From: an uncultured Gemmatimonadales bacterium
Lineage (GTDB): Bacteria > Gemmatimonadota > Gemmatimonadetes > Longimicrobiales > RSA9
DNA: 64,000 nt
Direction of reading: 5' to 3'
Assembly (NCBI GenBank): GCA_963816355.1
Contig: CAWFKH010000003.1
Location: 768,001 to 832,000, forward strand
In this document: positions 1 to 10,386 of the stretch, piece after piece
Position numbering within the stretch: the first letter of the stretch is position 1
How the letters are laid out: every line of letters starts with the position of its first letter
The notes under the pieces: model-generated
Database searches by the model: none
Told to the model about the DNA's origin: nothing
What the model saw: the letters and a program-made list of their open reading frames with translations, nothing else
Translations under genes and position numbers: made by a program

Positions 1-2
1 TG

Positions 3-311
3 CGGCCGGAGCGGCTCCGCCTCCTCCTGCACCTCGTCGCCAGCCACCAGGGCCGCTACGAGTGGCAGAGCCCGCGCGAGCCGCTCGTCCTCGAGGCGAT
101 CCTGCTCCACTACGCCGACGACATGGACGCCAAGATGCAGCAGGCCATGCGCCTGCTCGATCGCGTCGAGGAAGGATGGACACCCTACGACCGCTCCTTC
201 GGCCGCGAGCTGCTGCGCCACCTGCCGCCGGGCGCGCCGAGCGAGGAGGAGAAGGCCGCCGAGGCGGCCCGCCGCGACCGTTTCACGATCGACATGTTCG
301 AGGAGGAGTAG
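3..311 (+). CDS. 3' part of an HD-domain protein, YhaM/Cbf1 3'-5' exoribonuclease-like (5' end outside window)
   Basis: Frame 3 reads LLHLVASHQGRYEWQSPREPLVLEAILLHYADDMDAKM, matching the YhaM C-terminal HHG..E.GSP..P...EA..LH..D..DA pattern. Confidence 0.75.
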   Translation, partial: RPERLRLLLHLVASHQGRYEWQSPREPLVLEAILLHYADDMDAKMQQAMRLLDRVEEGWTPYDRSFGRELLRHLPPGAPSEEEKAAEAARRDRFTIDMFEEE

Positions 312-352
312 GGAAGCGAAAGGGGCGCCGCCGTGTGGCGCCGCCCCTTCCC
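311..352. terminator. GC-rich inverted repeat between convergent genes (probable terminator)
   Basis: AAGGGG(G)CG...CGCCCCTT inverted repeat directly after the HD gene stop and downstream of rpsT. Confidence 0.45.
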
Positions 353-413
353 GATCTCGCGGAGGCCGTCGGACCGCTCGCAGCCCGTCCGCCCCCGCCC
401 GCGGACGGGTCCG

Positions 414-677
414 CTACGGCGTGCCGCCGAGCTCGATCACCTTGCGCGCGAGCTGCGACTTCTTGCGCCGCGCCTTGTTCGGATGGATCAGCCGGCGCGT
501 CGCGAAGCGGTCCAGCATCGCCGCACTCTCGCGGTACGCCTCGAGCGCCGTCTCGGCCGAGTCCGCCGTCATCACCCTCTTCAGCGACGTCTTCAGCCGC
601 GACCGCTGCGTGCGGTTCTGCTGGCGACGCCGCTCCTGCTGCCGCATCCGCTTCTCGGCGCTCTTCGTATTCGGCAA
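414..677 (-). CDS. rpsT: 30S ribosomal protein S20 (TTG start)
   Basis: MPNTKSAEKRMRQ...IHPNKARRKKSQL signature; GGAGG RBS before TTG. Confidence 0.97.
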   Translation of the reverse strand: MPNTKSAEKRMRQQERRRQQNRTQRSRLKTSLKRVMTADSAETALEAYRESAAMLDRFATRRLIHPNKARRKKSQLARKVIELGGTP

Positions 678-713
678 CGTGCCTCCGTGGTAGAATCCCG
701 AACGTAATCATGA

Positions 714-742
714 AGGCTACGCACGGGACTGTCTCCTGTCAA
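714..742 (-). promoter_or_regulatory. sigma70-type promoter of rpsT
   Basis: Minus strand TTGACA-N17-TAGCCT upstream of rpsT. Confidence 0.7.
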
Positions 743-849
743 CGGGGCGAAACGTCGGTTCCGCGGGGGTGGCGTCCGCTTCCCGCGGCGCATTACCTTT
801 TCGCCGCCATGCACGAGACGATTCCGCGCTCCGCGGCCGCGCCGCCGCC

Positions 850-1644
850 ATGCCAGCCGTGACCCGCTCCGTCGCGACGCCGGAGGCGGCCTTCGACGAC
901 GTCGGCTTCGTCGTCGAGCTGGAGCGCTTCCAGGGGCCGCTCGACCTGCTGCTGCACCTGATCCGCTCGCAGGACATCGACATCTTCGACATCCCGATCT
1001 CGCAGATCACGTCGCAGTTCCTGGCGGCGATCGCGGGCCTGGATGTGCTGGGTCTGGACCGGGCGGGCGATTTCCTCGAGACCGCGGCGATGCTGGTCCG
1101 GATCAAGGCGCAGATGCTGCTTCCGGGTCGCTCGGGCGGCGCAGCGGAAGGCGAGGACCCGCGCACCGAGCTGGTGCGTCGCCTGCTCGAGTACGAGCAC
1201 TTCCGCGAGCTGGCGCGGCGGCTCTCCGACTCGGAGGGCGACCGCTCCCGGCACTACGCCCGCGGGTACGTGCCGCCGCGTGTGGAGCGGGACGACGCGG
1301 CGGAGCAGCCGCTCGAGCTGGAGTGGGCGGACCTGTGGGAGGCGGCGCTTTCCCTGCAGGACCGGGCGCGGCCGACGCTGGAGCATCGCGTCGTGCGGCG
1401 GCCGGTCACCCTGGACGAGAAGGTCGGCCTCATCCTGAGCGCCCTCGCCAAGACGACGCGCGTCGAATTCTCCCGCCTCGTCGAGCCGTTCCACGATCGG
1501 CTGCACACCGCCGTGACACTGCTGGCGGGGCTCGAGCTGTCGAAGCGCCACGAGCTCTCGCTCCGCCAGCGCGAGCCGTTCGCGCCCCTCTGGCTCTACC
1601 GACGCAGGAGCAGGACGACGCATGCGGACGACGCAGATCATTGA
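850..1644 (+). CDS. scpA: segregation and condensation protein A (SMC kleisin); start uncertain
   Basis: FQGPLDLLLHLIR..DIDIFDIPISQIT and LVRRLLEYEHF motifs; adjacent to scpB. Confidence 0.95.
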   Translation: MPAVTRSVATPEAAFDDVGFVVELERFQGPLDLLLHLIRSQDIDIFDIPISQITSQFLAAIAGLDVLGLDRAGDFLETAAMLVRIKAQMLLPGRSGGAAEGEDPRTELVRRLLEYEHFRELARRLSDSEGDRSRHYARGYVPPRVERDDAAEQPLELEWADLWEAALSLQDRARPTLEHRVVRRPVTLDEKVGLILSALAKTTRVEFSRLVEPFHDRLHTAVTLLAGLELSKRHELSLRQREPFAPLWLYRRRSRTTHADDADH

Positions 1645-2194
1645 GGCCCTGCTGTTCGCGAGCGACGCGCCGCTCGGCGCGGCGGAGCTCGCGGCCATCG
1701 ACGAGGACCTGGACGAGGACCGCGTCGTCGCGGCGATCGAGGAGCTGCGCCTCCACTACGACGAGGCGGACCGCGCCTTCCAGGTCTACGAGGTCGGCGG
1801 CGGTTTTCAGCTGCTGACGCGGCCGGAGTACGCGCCGCACCTGGAGCGCTTCGAGACGATTCCGCAGCCCAACCGTCTGTCGGTGCCCGCCCTCGAGGTC
1901 CTCGCTATCGTCGCCTACCGGCAGCCGATCGGCCGCATCGAGATCGAGGAGATCCGCGGCGTCGGATCGTCGGCGGTCCTGCGCACGCTCCAGGATCGCG
2001 CTCTGGTCGAGGTCGTCGCCCGCGGCGAAGGCCTGGGCCGGCCGCTGCTCTATGGCGTGACGCGGCATTTCCTGGAGCACTTCGGCTTCCGCTCCGCCGA
2101 GGACCTGCCGCGGCCGGAGGAGCTTCCGGTCGTCCTCGCCGCGCGTGCCGCCGCGGCGCAGGATGGGTCCGCCGCGGAGCCCGACGAGGCGTGA
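1622..2194 (+). CDS. scpB: SMC-Scp complex subunit ScpB
   Basis: IIEALLFAS, LEVLAIVAYRQPI, GRPLLYGVT..FLEHFG. Confidence 0.96.
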   Translation: MRTTQIIEALLFASDAPLGAAELAAIDEDLDEDRVVAAIEELRLHYDEADRAFQVYEVGGGFQLLTRPEYAPHLERFETIPQPNRLSVPALEVLAIVAYRQPIGRIEIEEIRGVGSSAVLRTLQDRALVEVVARGEGLGRPLLYGVTRHFLEHFGFRSAEDLPRPEELPVVLAARAAAAQDGSAAEPDEA

Positions 2195-2198
2195 GCGG

Positions 2199-2930
2199 GT
2201 GGCTGAACCGGTGCGGCTGCAGAAGTTCCTCTCGCGCGCCGAGGTGGCGTCGCGGCGGCGGGCGGAGGTGATGATCGCGGCGGGTCGCGTGCGCGTGAAC
2301 GGCCGCGTCGTCACGGAGATGGGGGTTCAGGTCGACCCGGAACGCGACCGCGTGGAGGTGGACGGCGCCGTCGTGGCACCGCGCGCGGCGCTGTGGATCG
2401 CGCTGCACAAGCCGCGCGGCTGCGTGACGACGCGGGACGATCCACGCGGCCGGCGCACCGTCTACGACCTTCTGCCGCCGGACCTGCGCGGCCTTTTCCA
2501 CGTCGGCCGCCTCGATTACGGCACGGAGGGGCTGCTGCTGCTCACCAACGAGGGCGTGCTGGCGCACCGGCTGCTGCACCCGCGCTACGGCGTGGAGCGC
2601 GTCTACGAGGTGGTGGCGGAGGGCGACGTCGCCCCGGCCACGCTCGCTCGCCTGCGCGGCGGCGTGGCGCTGGGCGACGGCGTGGCGCGCGCGGAGGCCG
2701 TCGAGCGGCTCCGTTTCGGCCGGCCGGGCCGGACGCGCTTGAAGCTGACGATGCGGGAGGGCCGCAAGCGCGAGGTGCGGCGGCTGATGAAGGCGGTGGG
2801 TCACCCGGTGCGGCGGCTGGTGCGTCGTCGCTACGGCCCGATCCGACTCGGCGCGCTGGAGAGCGGCGCGTGGCGCAGACTCGAGCCGCGCGAGGTCGCG
2901 GCCCTGGAGCGGGAGAGCGAATGGACATAG
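2199..2930 (+). CDS. rluB: 23S rRNA pseudouridine synthase (RluB/RsuA family, S4 domain)
   Basis: RLQKFLSRAEVASRRRAE S4 domain, HKPRG, VGRLDYGTEGLLLLTN, EGRKREVRR; scpAB-rluB synteny. Confidence 0.88.
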   Translation: MAEPVRLQKFLSRAEVASRRRAEVMIAAGRVRVNGRVVTEMGVQVDPERDRVEVDGAVVAPRAALWIALHKPRGCVTTRDDPRGRRTVYDLLPPDLRGLFHVGRLDYGTEGLLLLTNEGVLAHRLLHPRYGVERVYEVVAEGDVAPATLARLRGGVALGDGVARAEAVERLRFGRPGRTRLKLTMREGRKREVRRLMKAVGHPVRRLVRRRYGPIRLGALESGAWRRLEPREVAALERESEWT

Positions 2931-4579
2931 AGGGACGCACGGTCCTGATCCTCGGCGGCGCCGGCCTCGTCGGCATGGCGGTGTCGCGGCGGATCCTGGA
3001 GCACCGCCCGGCCGCGCTCGTCGTCACCTCCCTCACGCGCGCGGAGGCGGAGGCGGCGGCGGCCTCTCTCGAGGCGGAGGGGCTCACCGACGGCGTCGCG
3101 GTGCGCGCGGCGTGGGGTGACGTCTTCATCCCCGACGCGCTCAAGGAGCGTGCGCGCCGGGACCTCCTGGAGGATGCGGCCGCGCGCGGCGCGCTGCTGG
3201 ACGATCTCTACGGCGAGCTGACGCCGGACCTCGTCGCGCGCTCGGCGCTCGGCGCGATCGTCGCCGAGCACGCGCCGGCGATCGTCGTCGACTGCATCAA
3301 CACCGCCACTGCGTTCGCCTACCAGAACGTGTACGACAGCGCGCGGCGGCTGCGCGCGGAGGCGGCGGGCGGCGCGGTCGAGCGCGAGGCGATCGAGCGC
3401 CACCTGACGACGCTCTACCTGCCGCAGTTGATCCGCCACATCCAGATCCTGCTCGAGGCGCTGCGCGGCGCCGGCACGCAGCTCTACCTGAAGGTGGGCA
3501 CCGCGGGCACCGGCGGCATGGGGCTCAACATCCCGTTCACGCACTCGGAGGAGCGGCCGAGCCGCATGCTGCTCTCCAAGTCGGGCCTCGCGGGCGCGCA
3601 GACGCTGCTGCTCTTCCTCATGGCGCGCACACCGGGCGCTCCCGTGGTGAAGGAGATCAAGCCGACCGCGGCGATCAGCTGGAAGCGCATCGGCTTCGGC
3701 GAGATCCGCCGCGGCGGCCGTCCCCTCGAGCGCTGGGATGCGACGCGCCCGCTGCCGCTCGCGGAGGCGTTCTCCGCCGACGTCGCCTCCGCCTGCCGCC
3801 CCGCCGGAGGCACCCTGGAGGGCGTCTATCTCGACGCCGGCGAGAACGGCCTCTTCAGCCTGCCGGAGTTCGAGGTGCTCACGTCGCTCGGGCTGATGGA
3901 GTACATCACGCCGGAGGAGATCGCCGACAACGTGCTGCGCGAGATCCGCGGACAGCCGACCGGCCGCGACGTCGTCGCCGCGCTCGACGCCTCGACGTCC
4001 GGGCCCACGTACCGGGCCGGGGTGCTGCGACAGGTCGCGATCGAGCAGCTCGAGGCGCTCGAGAAGGAGCACGCCTCCCACCCCGTCGCCTACGAGATGC
4101 TGGGGCCGCCGCGCCTCTCGAAGCTCCTCTTCGAGGCGGCGATCCTGGAGCGCCTGTTCGAGGACCTCGCCGCCGCCGCCGCCCTCGACCCCGATGCCAC
4201 CGCGCTCGCCGCGGACGCGCTGCTGCGCGACGACCACGAGCTGCGCGTCCGCATCCTCTCGATCGGCCTCGCCATCCTGCTGCCGGGCGGCCGCGAGCTG
4301 CTGCGCGGCCCGGTCGTGAAGGTCGCGCCGGAACCCGCTCAGCGCGCGGACGATCCGAGACTCGCCGAGAACGGCTGGGTCGACCTGCGTCCTGCCAACT
4401 GGTCGCACTGGGCCCGGCGGCTGCAGGCGATGCTGCAGGAGCAGCGCACGGGGCCCGGCCCGGAGGAGGGCTCGCGCGCCGATTCGGAGGCGGCGCCGCG
4501 CCGCCTGCGCCTGCGCCCCGGCCGCCTCGCGGCGTGGGTCTTCCGCACCGAGGACCACGGGGAGCGGCTGAAGCGCTGA
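2921..4579 (+). CDS. uncharacterised Rossmann-fold (SDR-like) protein, 552 aa
   Basis: N-terminal VLILGGAGLVG dinucleotide-binding motif; ATG overlaps the end of rluB. Confidence 0.7.
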   Translation: MDIEGRTVLILGGAGLVGMAVSRRILEHRPAALVVTSLTRAEAEAAAASLEAEGLTDGVAVRAAWGDVFIPDALKERARRDLLEDAAARGALLDDLYGELTPDLVARSALGAIVAEHAPAIVVDCINTATAFAYQNVYDSARRLRAEAAGGAVEREAIERHLTTLYLPQLIRHIQILLEALRGAGTQLYLKVGTAGTGGMGLNIPFTHSEERPSRMLLSKSGLAGAQTLLLFLMARTPGAPVVKEIKPTAAISWKRIGFGEIRRGGRPLERWDATRPLPLAEAFSADVASACRPAGGTLEGVYLDAGENGLFSLPEFEVLTSLGLMEYITPEEIADNVLREIRGQPTGRDVVAALDASTSGPTYRAGVLRQVAIEQLEALEKEHASHPVAYEMLGPPRLSKLLFEAAILERLFEDLAAAAALDPDATALAADALLRDDHELRVRILSIGLAILLPGGRELLRGPVVKVAPEPAQRADDPRLAENGWVDLRPANWSHWARRLQAMLQEQRTGPGPEEGSRADSEAAPRRLRLRPGRLAAWVFRTEDHGERLKR

Positions 4580-4751
4580 GGCCCGACGTCGCGTCGCCGC
4601 CGCCGGTCGCGATCGCGCCCGTCGCGCCCGCAACGCGGCTCGCCGCCCTTCCGCAGCCGCCGGATCGCGGCCGCGAGCGCGGATCCTGCGGCGGCCTTTG
4701 CGCGTAGCACGCAGCGGGAGCGCCCACATCACGCACACGGCAGGGGGGTCA

Positions 4752-6699
<1,948 letters not shown>

Positions 6700-6703
<4 letters not shown>

Positions 6704-7623
6704 GCCGCGCCGCGCTGGCCCTCGCGTTCCTCCTCGCGGCCGCAGCCGCCCCGCTCGCGGCGCAGCGGGTGGGCACCGCGGTGGCGCCGGACACTCTCAC
6801 CGTGGGCGACGTCTTCCACGCGGCCGTGCGCGTCGAGCTGCCTCCCGGCTACCGCGCCGCCTTTCCCGATTCGCTCGACGTGAGGGGCGATGTCGAAAAC
6901 GCGGCCCGTCGCGAGGTCGTCGAGGACACGGCCGGCGGCCGCCACGTGGTGACGGCGATCTACCCCCTCACCACGTGGCGGCCCGGAGCGGTCGGACTGC
7001 CCGGCGTGCCCGTGCGGATCGTCGGGCCGGACGTGGACACGACGATCACGGCCGCTTTCGATTCGCTGCGCGTCGCCTCCGTCCTGCCGCCGGACACGGC
7101 CGGCATCCAGCCGAAGCCGGCGAAGGGTGTGGTCGGCGGCTTCGGTTTTCCGTGGCTGTGGCTCCTGCTCGCCCTCCTCGCCGTCGGCCTGCTCGCCGCG
7201 CTCGCCTACTGGCTGATGCGCCGACGCCGGCGCGCGCCCGCGGCGCCGGTCCTCACGCCGCTCACCGCCCGCCAGCGCGCTCTCGCGCGCCTGGAGCGGC
7301 TGCGCGAGGAGCGCCTCTTCGAGCGCGAGGGCGCCGGCGCCCTCTACACCGCCGCGGCCGGCGTGCTGCGCCGCTATCTGCACGAGCTGCACCCGCCCTT
7401 CGGTGCCGAGTACACGACGCGCGAGATTGGCGCACTGATGCGGCGCTCCGTGGGCGCCGGCGAAGCCGCGGAGCTGGTGCGCCTGCTGGAGGCCGCGGAC
7501 CTCGTGAAGTTCGCGCGGCGGGCGCCCACCGCGGCCGAGGCGTACGCCGAGCTGGACGCGATGAAGGCGTGGGTGCACGCCTATCCGCCGGCGCCCCTTC
7601 CCGAGACGGAGCGCGCGGCATGA
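6700..7623 (+). CDS. exported single-pass membrane protein of the Bat locus (DUF4381-like)
   Basis: Signal peptide, Ig-like periplasmic part, TM helix WLWLLLALLAVGLL, C-terminal ADLVKFAR motif. Confidence 0.7.
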
Positions 7624-8606
7624 GCTTCGGCTTCGAGCACGTGTGGGCGCTGCCGCTCCTGCTGCTCGTCCCCCTCTACGCGTGGTGGAACGGCCGCGGC
7701 CGCCGCCGCGCCGTCGCGTTCTCGCGCGCCGGCCATCTCGAGGGGCTGGCCGGGAAGGGCACCGCGGCGCTCTCGCGCCTTCCCGGCGTGCTGCGTGCGG
7801 TCGGCGTGGCGGCGCTCGTGGTCGCGCTCGCCGGGCCGCGGACCGGCGTCTCCTCCGTCAACATCGACGCGCAGGGGATCGCGATCGTGCTCGCGGTCGA
7901 CATCTCCAGCTCGATGCTCGCAGAGGACTTCGCGCCACAGAATCGGCTGCAGGTCGCCAAACGCACCACAGCGGACTTCATCCGCGGGCGCGAGACGGAC
8001 CGGATCGGCCTCGTCGCCTTCAGCGGTCAGGCGCTCACCCAGGTCCCGCTCACCGTCGACTACGGCATCCTCTATCAAGCGCTGCAGCGGCTGCAACCGG
8101 GGATGCTGGAGGACGGCACCGCGATCGGCACCGCGATCGCCACGGCGGCCAACCGGCTGCGACGCGTGCCCGGCAAGTCGCGCGTGCTGATCCTGCTCAC
8201 CGACGGCGAGAACAACCGCGGCGAGATCGATCCGATGACCGCGGCGCGCGCGGCGCAGGCGTTCGGCATCCGCATCTACACGATCGGCGTCGGCACCGAA
8301 GGGATCGCGCGCATGCCGATCGCGCGCGGTCCGTTCGGCTACCAGTACGCGAACGTCCCGGTCCACATCGACGAGAAGCTGTTGGGTGACATTGCCACGC
8401 TCACCGGCGGCCAGTACTTCCGCGCCACGAACGGCCGCGCCCTCGAGGACATCTACCGCCGCATCGATCAGCTCGAGCGCGAGCCCTTCGAGGTGCGCCG
8501 CTTCGTCGACTACACGCCGCACGGGCTCCCCTTCATCCTCTTCGCCGCCCTGCTCCTCGCCGGCGAGTGGGCACTGCGAGCCAGCCGCTGGGGCAGCCTG
8601 CCGTGA
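7620..8606 (+). CDS. batA: vWA domain membrane protein BatA
   Basis: N-terminal double TM, MIDAS DISSSM, DRIGLVAF, GTAIGTAI, LLTDGENN, IYTIGVG. Confidence 0.9.
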   Translation: MSFGFEHVWALPLLLLVPLYAWWNGRGRRRAVAFSRAGHLEGLAGKGTAALSRLPGVLRAVGVAALVVALAGPRTGVSSVNIDAQGIAIVLAVDISSSMLAEDFAPQNRLQVAKRTTADFIRGRETDRIGLVAFSGQALTQVPLTVDYGILYQALQRLQPGMLEDGTAIGTAIATAANRLRRVPGKSRVLILLTDGENNRGEIDPMTAARAAQAFGIRIYTIGVGTEGIARMPIARGPFGYQYANVPVHIDEKLLGDIATLTGGQYFRATNGRALEDIYRRIDQLEREPFEVRRFVDYTPHGLPFILFAALLLAGEWALRASRWGSLP

Positions 8607-9664
8607 GCTTCGCACGCCCCGACCTGCTCTGGCTCGCGGCCGCGCTCCCGCTCGTCGTCGCGGTCGCCGTCGTCTTCTACGCCCGCCGCCGCCGCCGCGT
8701 CGCCCGCGCCCTCGGCGGCAGCGCCATGGCGCTCCGCCTCGGCGCCGGCGACCTCGACCGCTTCCCGGCCGGCCGCCTCGCGCTCCTCGCCCTCGCCGCC
8801 ACCGCCGTCGGGCTCGCCGCTGCGCGGCCCCAGTGGGGCTACGCCGCCGCCACCGGCCACGTGCGCGCCTTGAGCCTCGTGCTCACGCTCGATGCCTCCA
8901 ACTCGATGCGCGTCGGCGACGTCGCGCCCGACCGGCTCGAGCGCGAACGGCTCCTCGCCGAGCGCGTCCTGCGCGAGCTCGGCGGCGACCGCATCGGCCT
9001 CATCGGCTTCGCCGGCCAGGCCTACGTTCTCTCACCCCTCACCGTGGACCACAGCGCGCTCCAGCTCTACGTCGACGCGCTCGACCCGGACATCCTCTCC
9101 GCCGGCGGCACGGCGCTCTCCTCCGCGCTGCGCCAGGCGACCGACCTGATCGCGACCGATCAGGCCGCCGGCGACCAGGCGGTCGTGCTCGTCTCCGACG
9201 GCGAGGCGCTGGAGGACGAGGATGCCGTGATCCAGGCCGCGGAACGCGCGAAGGCGGCGGGCGTAATCGTACACACGGTCGGCGTCGGCACCCCCGCCGG
9301 CGGCCGCGTGCCGGAGATCGACCCCGGAACGGGCCGCGTCGCGGGCTGGGCGCACGACGTGGATGGCAGCGTCGTCGTGTCGAAGCTGAACGAGCCGCTG
9401 CTGCGCCGCATCGCCCGCATCACGGGAGGCACCTACATCCACCTCGGAGAGGCGGGCGCCACGGAGCGGCTGCTCTCCGTCCTGCGCTCGATGCGGCGCG
9501 GCGTGACGGACGCCGCGGGCAATCGCATCGAGCTGCAGGATCGCAGCGCGTGGTTCGTGGGTGTCGCGCTGCTGCTGCTCGCGCTCGACGCGCTCGCGGA
9601 CCGGCGAGCCAGACGCGCTCGCGCAAGCGCCCCGCCAGCCGCGGCACGCGCGGCGGAGGCATAG
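8603..9664 (+). CDS. batB: vWA domain membrane protein BatB
   Basis: ARPQWG, DASNSM MIDAS, RIGLIGFAG, PLTVDH, VSDGE, VVSKLNEPLL. Confidence 0.85.
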   Translation: MSFARPDLLWLAAALPLVVAVAVVFYARRRRRVARALGGSAMALRLGAGDLDRFPAGRLALLALAATAVGLAAARPQWGYAAATGHVRALSLVLTLDASNSMRVGDVAPDRLERERLLAERVLRELGGDRIGLIGFAGQAYVLSPLTVDHSALQLYVDALDPDILSAGGTALSSALRQATDLIATDQAAGDQAVVLVSDGEALEDEDAVIQAAERAKAAGVIVHTVGVGTPAGGRVPEIDPGTGRVAGWAHDVDGSVVVSKLNEPLLRRIARITGGTYIHLGEAGATERLLSVLRSMRRGVTDAAGNRIELQDRSAWFVGVALLLLALDALADRRARRARASAPPAAARAAEA

Positions 9665-9672
9665 GAGGAGGC

Positions 9673-10386
9673 ATGCGCAGGATGATCGGAGTGATCGCGG
9701 TGCTGTTCGTCTCGCTCGCCGCGGGTTACGGCGGCGTCGAGAAGGGCAACCGGCTCTATCGCGACGGCAGATACGCGGAAGCGGTGCAGGCATATCGTCA
9801 GGCGGTCGCGGACGGCGACGCGTCGCCCGCCCTCTACTACAACATGGGCACCGCTCTGCTGCAGCTCGGCCGCTACGACGACGCCGGCCGCGCCTTCCAG
9901 GACGCCCTCACCGCCGTCGACCCCTCCCTGCGCCAGCGCACCTTCTACAACATGGGCAACCGCTTCCTGCAGGACGCGCGCGCCTCCCGGAACCCGCAGG
10001 CGAGCGGCAAGCTCTACGACGCCGCCGTCGACGCGTACAAGCAGTCGCTCCGCCTCGAGGCGGCCGACGGCTCGGCGAAATGGAACCTGGAGCTGGCGCT
10101 GCGCGAGCGCGACGAACAGAAGCGGCAGAATCCGCAGTCGTCCGGCAACCAGCAGCAGCAACAGCAGCAGCAGCCCCAGGGCGGCGGCGGCGGCGGTGGT
10201 GGCGGAGCCGCACCCGCCAATCCGGATCAGGGCGGTGCCCAGGGGCCCAGCGGCGGCGGCGGTGGCTCGATGACGCAGGAGGAGGCGGCGCGACTGCTCA
10301 ATGCGATCGAACAGAACGAGCGCGAGCTCTACAAGGACGCGCTGAAGAAGGGGCGGCAGGAACGGAGCACGCTGCGGAACTGGTGA
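9673..10386 (+). CDS. batC: TPR protein BatC with Gln/Gly low-complexity tail
   Basis: Signal peptide, GNRLYRDGRYAEA, YYNMG repeats, AKWNLELA, C-terminal LLNAIEQNE...RNW; GGAGG RBS. Confidence 0.85.
   Translation: MRRMIGVIAVLFVSLAAGYGGVEKGNRLYRDGRYAEAVQAYRQAVADGDASPALYYNMGTALLQLGRYDDAGRAFQDALTAVDPSLRQRTFYNMGNRFLQDARASRNPQASGKLYDAAVDAYKQSLRLEAADGSAKWNLELALRERDEQKRQNPQSSGNQQQQQQQQPQGGGGGGGGGAAPANPDQGGAQGPSGGGGGSMTQEEAARLLNAIEQNERELYKDALKKGRQERSTLRNW

Noticed and set aside
850..2194. Wadjet/MksBEF-type defence system
   Set aside because: The proteins are canonical ScpA and ScpB in the usual scpAB-rluB context, with no JetC or JetD genes adjacent.
10148..10266. CAG and GGC triplet runs as a phase-variation tract
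   Set aside because: In-frame Gln/Gly low-complexity linker, typical of BatC-like proteins; length changes would not shift the frame.
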